Below, piece by piece: positions 55,474 through 64,000 of a stretch of 64,000 bases of DNA; the first letter of the stretch is position 1, and every line of letters begins with the position of its first letter. The position numbers and the translations under genes are program-made. Below the pieces are notes generated by a model. That model saw nothing but the letters and a program-made list of their open reading frames with translations, had not been told where the DNA came from and did no database searches. The DNA comes from Cyanophora paradoxa CCMP329. Its lineage: Eukaryota; Plantae; Glaucophyta. The stretch covers positions 1 to 64,000 of the forward strand of contig QPMI01000537.1 in assembly GCA_004431415.1 (NCBI GenBank), written 5' to 3'.

Positions 55474-57862
55474 TTAGTCGACGTCGCCTCGGGACGGGCC
55501 GGCGGCACCGGTGCCGCTGCCGGCGCCGGCGTTGGAGTCGCGGGAGGGCAGGAGCGCCTCGTTGCGGAGAAGGACATAGCGAACGAAGGCGTTGGTGCGG
55601 GGGGAGAGGCCCGGCACGTAGAACGCGCGCGCGAGGCCCGGCGAGCGCGCCGCGTGTAAGAACGGAGCCGCAAAGGCGACGCGCCAGGGGCCGCCCGCCC
55701 GCCGCCAGTCGTCCCCGTCGCTCGGGAGCTCCAGGTCCACGATGAAGTGGCAGGACGAGGGGGGTACGTAGCGCGCCGGGTCCTCGGCGTTGCGGTCATT
55801 GAAGTGGCGCGCGACGTCCGCCGCGGTGCCGTTGGGCCAGGGCTCGTAGGCGCGCGGCAGCTGGCCCTTGAAGCCCGAGCGGAGGAACTCCAGGGAGGCC
55901 CCCGGGGGGAGGAAGAACGAGGAGGGGAACCGGTACCACTCCTTGCCCACGCACACCCGCACTGCGCGTGTCGAGAGGGGGGCACGCGTGAACGGGAGTT
56001 CGAGCATTCTGCTAGGCTACGCAAAAAGGCGCACGGGGTCCCTGGGGGGCGGCGGGGACCTCCTGCTCCGAAAGGTGCCGGTACACCGCCATCGGGGCCC
56101 TGTACCCCGGCTCAGAAAGGATGGGGGAGAGAAGCGCCGGAAAGTCTCTTAAGAGGAGGGGGGTACCGGTAGTTTATGATGGTGCCGGAGGTGCGGGCGA
56201 TGCCGAGGATGAAGATGCAGGCGAGGAGCAGGGCCACGAGGAGGCGGACGGCCACGACCCGCCAGCCGCCCGGCGCCTTGAGCCGCGGCGGCGCCGCCCG
56301 CCGCGCCGCCACGCGCGCCGCCACGGCCGCCGCCCCGCCCGCCGCCGCCACCGGCTCGGGCTCCGCCGAGGGGATCCTGCCGGGCGCGCGCGCCTCAGGA
56401 GCGATCCCAGGGCGGAAAAGGGCGCGGCGGGGAGCCGAACCCGAAAAGACACGAAAGGAAGGCGTGCAGCAGGGACGTGGAGAACGCCGCCGCGAAGCAG
56501 ATGACGGGGTACACGGGGAAGATGAACCGCTCCTCTGCGAACGAAGTGTTGGGGGGGGGGGGGCAGCGCAGGGGGGGAGGGAGGGATGGGTACCCTTGTG
56601 GGGCTTTGAGCTCATGAACAAGACCCAGATGTAGAGGGGTAGAAGGTAGAAGCAGGCCTGCACGAACCCAGGCCGGTCCCGCTTCCACGAGCACGAAGCG
56701 ATGAGGAGCTGTGCCCCGCCCGGGCGTCGTCAAAACGGAGCCCGGGGGGGGGGGGGGCGGAGCGGGGTACCGGGAGGGAGAGGCCGGCGAGGCCGGCGGC
56801 CAAGTTGAAGTTGAGGAACAGGTTGCGGATGTAGAAGTTCCACGGTTCGACTCCGTAGAGTTCCGAGCCGCCCGTGTTCCCGAACACATTGTACCGGACG
56901 ATGTTCCAGGTCGGCATGGTCCAGTACCCGTACGCCCAGCGATCCGCGAGCGCCATCGGAACCACCAGCATGGCTCCGGAGAAGAGGGACCAGTTCGCAA
57001 GCTCCACGAGGCCGGCCCTGCGGGCCACGTCCAGAGCCAGGGGTACACCCACGAGCGCGCTGAAGGGCCATCCGACGAGCGCCCCCGCGGCCACGCAGAA
57101 AACGGCGAGGGGGTACGCCCTGTGCATCCAGGCGCCCCACGCCGCAGCGAAGCAGTACATCGCGAACGAGGACGGCAGGAGCGCTGCCGGGCTCCCCGGT
57201 GAGCGTGGGGAAGGGGGGGAGGAGGAGATGGGGGGTACGCTACCCGTGGAGGCCGCGAACATGCCGGGGGAGGAGGTGAGGAGGACGAGGAGGTAGTTGG
57301 CCGTGCGGTTCCCGAAGCGGATCTTGGCGCCCAGGTACAGGAGCGACTCGCAGAAGGCGCTCCATAGCCCCAGGGCGCACCGCACGTACTGGAACACAGC
57401 GACCTGTGGGCGCCGCCGCGGGTCGGGTCAGTCTGACGGGGGCGGGAGCGGCGGAGGCGGCTGAGCCCGCGCGGCGAGCGCGCGCGCGCGTGCGTGCGGA
57501 CTTTGTTGTCTAGGCCGACGAAGACTCCGGCGATGCGGCCGAGGAGCCAGTGCAGCCCGACGTAGAAGTAGGTCCGGAGCGCGTAGTTCGGGCTGCGGCG
57601 GGCGCCCGTCGGCGGCCGCCGCCGCGCGTCGCGCGGCGGGCGGCGAGCAGCGCGCGCACCTGTACTCCCAGGTCTGCAGGCCCGTGCCGTAGAGCAGGTA
57701 GTGCGCCGGTTCCCAGTAGTTGAACGTCTCGTCGCAGTCCGCGATGGTGTTCACGATCGCAGACCAGAGCCGGACGGCGCAAAGAATGTAGAAGGCCACC
57801 TTGAACGGCGGGGCCCAAGCCGAGGGCGCCGCCCGACGCCCAGCGAAGGTGCTGCGGAACAT
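55474..57862 (-). CDS. ALG9: alpha-1,2-mannosyltransferase (GT22), ALG9
   Basis: IADCDETFNYWEPAHYLLYGTGLQTWEY, ALLPSSF, GWPF, WNIVRYNV, ELYGVEPWNFYIRNLFLNFN, PHK-EERF.FPVYP, VCVGKEWYRFPSSFFLP, FKGQLP. Confidence 0.93.
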
Positions 57863-58320
57863 TTGGCGGGACCTTCGGATCCGACGCGGCGGGAGGCGAA
57901 CCTTGCGAGGCTTTCGAGATTCCAGCTGTCCTCGCGGGAAGAGGACGGCCGCGCGCTCTTGCGTGCGGGAAGGGGGCTCGTGTCGCCGTCATCGGATGTA
58001 GCCGGGGCTGCATCCGCGGCCGAGATCCGCGGCGTGGCTTCTGCACGACGCCGGGACATCCGGGTGCTGCGGCGTGGCTGCTCCACTTCGGCGAATGGTT
58101 CGCTCTACTTCGGCCCTAGAACACAGGCGCCCGCGGCGGCTGTTCGTTCGCGCGACCACACCGCCAGGTGCAAGTAGTAGTAGCTACCGGCTGCTGGCCA
58201 GGTGCTGTGGCAGACTGGTGGCTCTGCCCCTCGTCGAACCGGGTCGGTCGTGGGCTCGAACCCGTCGGGGTGCATTTGCCTTCCACGCCTGGAGCCTCGC
58301 ACGCCCGGGCAGCAGCGACC

Positions 58321-59094
58321 ATGGCGAAGCGCTCTCTGTACATCGGTGCGCGCCCTGGCGTCGCTGCACGAGCGCCGGCTCAGCCTCCCCGTCCGCAGGT
58401 GGCATCTCAGACGAGGCGACACAGGAGCAAATCGCGGCGCTCTTCGCGCCTTTCGGCGAGATCATGCACCTAGAGATGCCCCTGGACAGCGCAACGGGTG
58501 CCCTCCGTGACCGGAAAGGCTCCCCCGCCGCGAGGCTGACGGCCATCGGCAGGGCGGCACAAAGCCTTCGCGTTCCTGGAGTACGAGGACCACGAGGATG
58601 CCGAGGAGGCCATCTTCAACATGAACCATTCCGAAGTGCGCGGCCGAGCCGCGTCCAGAGCCATCGCCCCTCAGTGCGGGCCGCTGACGCCCGCTCCCGC
58701 CCCCAGTTCATGGGGAAGCAGCTGAAGGTGAACTACTCGAGGCCGCGGCAAGCAACGGGCAGCAGCGCACGAGCAAGTGCGTCTGGCGGCCCGCCGGACG
58801 GCGCCGGGCCTCGCCGCTCACTCGCCGCGCCTCCACAGTATGGGACGACGAGGACTGGATCCACAAGCGGCTCGCGCAGGACGCCGAGAAGGTTCGCTCG
58901 CCGAACCGAACGAGCCGCGCCCGCCCCAGCGCCGCCCGCCACCGCCGCCGCCGCCGACGCGGACGCGCCCGCCGTCGCAGGTCGAGGAGAAGATGGACGA
59001 GGCCGAGGTGCTGCTGAAGGGCCCTGCGCGGCCCGAGGACCTTGTTCCCAAGGGCCCCTCCGCCGCCGCCGCCGCAATCGCGGCCAAGTACTAG
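58321..59094 (+). CDS. RRM protein resembling the PPIE/Cyp33 N-terminal RRM, without the cyclophilin domain
   Basis: Spliced MAKRSLYIGGISDE...FAPFGEIMHLEMPLD...HKAFAFLEYEDHEDAEEAIFNMNHSEFMGKQLKVNYSRP...IWDDEDW. Confidence 0.85.
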
Positions 59095-59467
59095 CTAGCC
59101 CCGGCCCGGCGCCGGCGGCACAGCGGCGCGCTCGTCCCGTGCTTAGCGGCTTAGTCGATAGCTAGCTCGTAGGTAGGCTCTGCAATGCATAGGGACCAGG
59201 CATCGTCTCGCGGACTTCGATCCTTCTAAATCTCGTTCAGCTCAGCATCGCGGGCGAGGACACAAGTGCGCCTATGCGTTGGCCTAGAAACGACAGAAAG
59301 CGATATCTACGACTGCAGGCACATTGCTGTTGCGCAGCTGCGCAGCCGGCGCCTGGCTGGCATGCGCAGGCTTAGGGGGTTTCGACTCCCCGAATCAACG
59401 CGCTGGGACGCAAGATTCGAACGGAACCAGATGGGGACACGCCCGAGGGGCCCCTCCTCGCGAGATC

Positions 59468-62400
59468 TCACTGCGTGAAGAACGCCGACCCAATGCAGTC
59501 GAACCCTGCCGAGGGAGGGAGGAAGGAAGAGAGGGAAGGGAGTCAGCGGGCCCGGAGACGGGAGGGGCGAGGGGGGGAAGTATTGGGGGGGGGGTACCGG
59601 AGACGACGTCGAGGTCCTCGGCGAGGGCGGGCCGGGCGACGACCGTGTGCCCCACCGCCTCGTTGAGCGCCAGCGCCCCGGGCTTCTGTGGTATGAGAGG
59701 GGCTTCAGTGTGAGAGGGGCGGCTTCATTATAAACGTATGAGAGTAGGAGCAGAAGCCCTAGCCTCTGGCCCTGTGGCCCTCGAGCGGGCGAGGCTTCAG
59801 GGCGGGCGGGAAGGGCGGAGGAGTGTGGATGGAGGAGCGGGGGCGGGGGCGCGCGGCGTCTAGCCTAGGGGGGGTACGGACCGCGTGCTGGGTGGCGCCA
59901 GGTACCGGCGACGGGTTCGGAACGCTCGGCGTGCCCGCCAGCGTCGCACAGTGCACAGAGAGCTTCAGGATCACGTCCGCCTGCGCTCGGACTCAGGTGA
60001 GTCTGAGGCTTCTGAGACTCAGGTGATCTGAGCGGCCGGGGCGGGGCGCGCCGATCGGACGGCGCCGTCGCGAAGTAAGTGCGAGGGCACCACGGGGCTC
60101 TGCATCCGCTCCTCCAGCACGTACGCCTGCGCCGAAAGGAGGGTGAGAGGGGATGAAGCCGCGCCGGGGTACGGGGCGGGAGGGGGGTACGGAGAGCTCG
60201 GAGGGGTTGCGGGCGACGGTCGCGAGGCGCTCGAGGAGCCGCGGGCCCGTCAGCCGCTCCGTCGCTGCCGCGCCGCGCCGCGCCGTCAGAAGAAGAAGAA
60301 GGGGCGAGGGGTACAGTTTAGCGCACCGGGGCCGGCCACGGGTACCAGCATGAACTTGTCTGCAGCGCCGGCGCCGGCGCCGGCCCGGCCGGTTAGATAG
60401 CTATAGGCAGGAGCGGAAGGGGCTGGGCGCCGGGCCGGGCCGGGCCGCACGGGGGTTCTTGCGGGCCCTCCCGAGAACGTTCGCCAGCGCCTCGCGCTCC
60501 GCCGCCCCCGCGTTCGGCTGTCGTGCGACAGGAAATTAAGACAAGGGGAAGGGGGGGGAGGGGCTTCAAGGGGGGTACGTACCGGGAGGGAGAGGCCGTA
60601 ACGACCCATGAGGACGGCGCGGATTCGCTGCGCCTGCGCCGCGTCCTCCGTGAACCTGCAAACAAAAGCTCAGAAAAAAGGGGGGAAAGAGGGGCGGGGG
60701 GGTAGGGGCGGAAAGAACCGCTCGAGGAGCTGCGGGGTATTGAAGAGGACCCCGAGGACCCTCCGTGACATCACGAGCTGGTGCCCCAGCGGCGGGCACT
60801 GCGGCGCGCGCGCGAGACAGCTAAGAGAGACGAAGGCAGGGTGGGGGGGGGAAGGGGGGGGAAGCGGGGGGGGGGGGGTACGGTACCTTGATGGCCGAAG
60901 AGCGCTCGATAAGGGTCCGCGTGTCCCAGTCGCGCTTACTCGCGTAGTCCTTTTTCGTTCGCGGGGGGCGGGTCAGAAGGGGGGGGCAGGGGGGAGGTGG
61001 AGGGGGGGGAGGGGGGGTCGCACCCTTGGGTTGTACCCCGCCCGCATGAGCACGACGCCCACCGTCTGGCCCTCGCTGCCGCACGGATTCATCAGAGGGG
61101 TACAGAGCGGAAAAGGAGGGAGGGGTACGGGACGAACACGCGGAGGGCGCGGGTGGCGGGGTCGATGGAGGCGTGTATGTCCTGCATTGCGCGCCGCAGC
61201 ACCCGGATGCGGTACTGCGGGGGGGTACGCCGTTCGTTCGGAAGGAGGGGAGGGCGAGGAAGGGGGAGCACAGTATTCACCTGCTCCCAGAGGAGGTGCT
61301 CGATCCAGCGCTCCTCGCTCGCGTCCCACTCCTCGGGCAGCGACGATCCGGGCCCGCCCGCGCCCGCCGCGGGCGGCGGGGACGGCTGCTGCGACGGCTC
61401 CGCGGGACCGTCCCGGGGCGTGTCCCCGGCAGGCGCGCTCCGGATGGCGGGGCGGTCCGCGGGCCCGCCGCGGCCTGGCCCTGCCCCTGCCCGGCGCGCG
61501 GGGAGGCACCGATGGTGGCGCCCTTGTCCGCGGGGGCGGGCGGCCGCCGCGCCGTCGGGGCCGGCGGGCTCGACGAGTTGGGTACCACCTGCCGCCCCGT
61601 CTTACAACGAAAGGAAAGGAAGGAAAGGAAAGAGAAAGGGGAAAACGGACCATGAGGACGACGCTCTGGGGCTCCCAGCGCGCCGCCGACTTGCCGCCCC
61701 CGGCCTTGCCCTTCGACAGCTGCGGCGAAAGCTAAGAAAGGCAGAAGAAGAAGAAGAAGAGAAGGAGGAGGGGCGGGCCTTCTGCTGGTAGGGGGAGGAC
61801 CCGGCGCCGCGCTCGCGCTCGGCGGGCCCCTCCTGCTTCGCGAAGCTCGGCTCGTGCGACTTCAGCAGCCCTGCGCGCGAGGGGCGCGGGGTCGGGTTGG
61901 GCAGACGGCGCAGGGGGCGAAGGCGGGGCGGGGCCGACGCCGGGGCGGGGATGATTAGAGGAACGGTCTCTAGTAGGAGCGGTCCCTCAAAGGAGGAACG
62001 AGGAACCGTCTCTCAGAGGAACGGGCGGGGGCGGGGGCGGGGCGGGGCGGAGGACGCGGGAGGCCGGCGCCAAGGCTAGAGACTCTTCCCAACAACAAGC
62101 GGGCGACGCCAAGGCTAGGGATTCGCAGAGGAGCGGGCGGGGGCGGGGGCGGGGCGGGGGCGGCAGCCGCGGACCGGCGTCGTCCTCGAAGGCGTGGAGG
62201 GCGCGGGCGACGGCGGCGGGGAGGTTCACGAGGACGTCGTTCCCCGGCAGCACCACGTTGCTGAACATCTGCGGGGGAGGGGGGCGAGGCGAGGCTCGTT
62301 GAGACCAGGTGGGCGGGCGGCGCGGAGGAGCGGCGGAGCGGCGGAGCCGGGCAAGCTTGAGTTGGGTTAGGATTAGGCCGGCGGACCCTCCGGGGGCGAG

Positions 62401-64000
62401 GCGCGAGGTGGGTTCGTTAGGGGATGGGCGAGCGGAGGAGCAGCCGAGCGGGGTGGGCTTGTTGGGTCCTCCCCTCCACTTCTCCCCCCCCCCCCCCCCC
62501 CCCTCCCCCTCCCCTCCCGCGGCTCGCCTGGGGGTAGGCGCGGAGGGCGAGGTAGGCGTGGAGGCGGGCGACGAGGCCGCCGAGCACCCCCGAGGTCGAC
62601 GTCGCCTCCCACGGGCTCTGCGAACGAAGTTGGAGGGGGCGGGGGCGAATCGGATGAAGGCCAGAAGCCAGCATGATAGATGGATAGATAGCTTAAGATA
62701 CAGATAGAAAGATAGCTTTAGATATGGGGCGGATAGATAGATAGATAGATAGAGAAGAAAGATATGTTGAGATAGATAAAGCAGTTAGATATCTTAAGAT
62801 ACAGAGAAATAGCTGAGGGCACCTGCTGGACGAGCTTGAGCTCGGGGGCGCCGCCCCCCGCCTCGAGCATGAAGTCGTGGCGGAGGACGGCGAGCGCCAG
62901 CGGCTGCGGCGACTCCCGCTCGTACGCCACCCGGTACACCTGCGTCCGGGGGCCGAGCGGGCTCAGGTGAGGATGAGCGCGGCGCTGGTGTGGCGGAGGG
63001 CGGGGCTTGGGGGAACTAGGCTGAGAGAGGCTGAGGGCCGCTAGAGATCACTCTAGGGATCACTCAAGGTCTTAAAAGTTCCTTAAGGTCTTAAGGGAGG
63101 GCGGGGCGGGGCCGGGGGGCGGGGCGCCTTGAGGAGCTGGGCGAGGAACTCGTCGCTGCGGGCCTCCCTGCGCGGTGGAGGGTCAGCGGGTGGGCTGGAA
63201 TCTGGCGCGCCCCCCCCCCCCCCCCCCCCCGCCCAGACTCTAGGACCCGTCCTCGACTCTAGAATCCTGCCCTCCCCGACTCTAGGGGGGCGGGCCCGGG
63301 GGCGCACGGCTCGATGGCGCTGAGGACGAAGCCGAAGTCGGAGGCGGCGCGGTGCACCGCCGCGCTCAGGTCCGCCCCCGCCTCCATCGCCTGCGGGGGG
63401 AGAGGGGGGGCCCGGTTCAGAGAAGAAAGGTGGAGGAAAGGGAGGAAAGGTTGGAGAGGAGGCGGAGGGGAGGCGGAGGGGGCGGGGCTGGGCCTGGGCG
63501 AAGGAGGGGCGGGGGCTAATCTATCTAATCTAATCTAATCTCTAATCTAATCTCTAATCTAATCTCTAATTGGGGCGGGGGCGGGGCGGGGGAAGGCAAG
63601 CCGAGCCAAGCCAAGCTAATCTAATCTAATCTCTAATCTAATCTAATCTCTAATCTAATCTAATCTCTAATCTAATCTAATCTCTAATCTAATCTAATCT
63701 CTAATCTAATCTCTGATTGGGGCGGGGGCGGGGGGGCGGGGCGGGGGGGCGGACCTGGGCGAAGGAGGGGCGGGGGAAGGGCGAGGGGTGCAGCACCAGC
63801 GGCACGTGCCGCGGCGAGCTGCGCGCGCGGGGGTTGGCCGTCGGTCAGCGCACGAACGAACGAACGAACGCGAAGAAGCTCTGGCGGGCGGGGTCCTAAT
63901 CTAATCTCCTATATCAAGCCAAGCTAATCTAATCTAATCCGATCTAATCTCGCCTGGAGAATGTGAGGAGGCCGTGGTGGAGGGCCCAGGAGCGGGCGAC
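59468..64000 (-). CDS. eukaryotic glutathione synthetase-like protein, divergent (5' end outside the window)
   Basis: Collinear GSS motifs: WALHHGL, HVPLVLHPSPFPR, DEFLAQL, LAVLRHDFM, RAGYNPRDY, IERSSAIKCP..HQL, AYVLEERM, NEAVGH, ending GFDCIGSAFFTQ*. Confidence 0.85.
63517..63715 (+). repeat. (CTAAT)/(CTCTAAT) intronic microsatellite
   Basis: Runs of ctaat/ctctaat at 63517-63570 and 63616-63715, and again near 63897-63948. Confidence 0.9.

Noticed and set aside
63517-63715. Telomeric repeat
   Set aside because: The unit is irregular CTAAT/CTCTAAT, lies within an intron and lacks the G-run of TTAGGG-type repeats.

Overview
This window is GC-rich, intron-dense eukaryotic DNA (alga or protist-like; short GT-AG and some GC-AG introns). 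Host genes flank a ~30 kb mobile/accessory island (~18.55-48.72 kb). Left of the island: the 3' part of a GBP/atlastin-like gene ending in a PBCV-basic-adaptor-like motif, two small unknown genes, a voltage-gated K+ channel fused behind a signal peptide, large ectodomain, TSP3-like motif and an extra TM helix, and an F-box/LRR gene. The island holds a 19.2 kb non-LTR retrotransposon insertion bounded by one exact 17-bp TSD. That insertion comprises a copy with an intact ~3100-aa APE-RT-RNaseH-Zn finger-Ulp1 ORF2, a second defective copy, and a 24 x ~140-bp tandem array at the 5' end. It landed 18 bp upstream of an intron-containing gene encoding Bro-N-like, Ulp1-protease and tyrosine-recombinase domains. 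Cargo-like fragments follow, and the island is bracketed by a degenerate direct repeat. Right of the island: DUF1772-like, B12D/NDUFA4-like, F-box/LRR, ALG9, a PPIE-type RRM gene, and a glutathione-synthetase paralog whose catalytic motifs are replaced. All domain calls come from motif recognition by eye; no searches were run, and exon boundaries are approximate.
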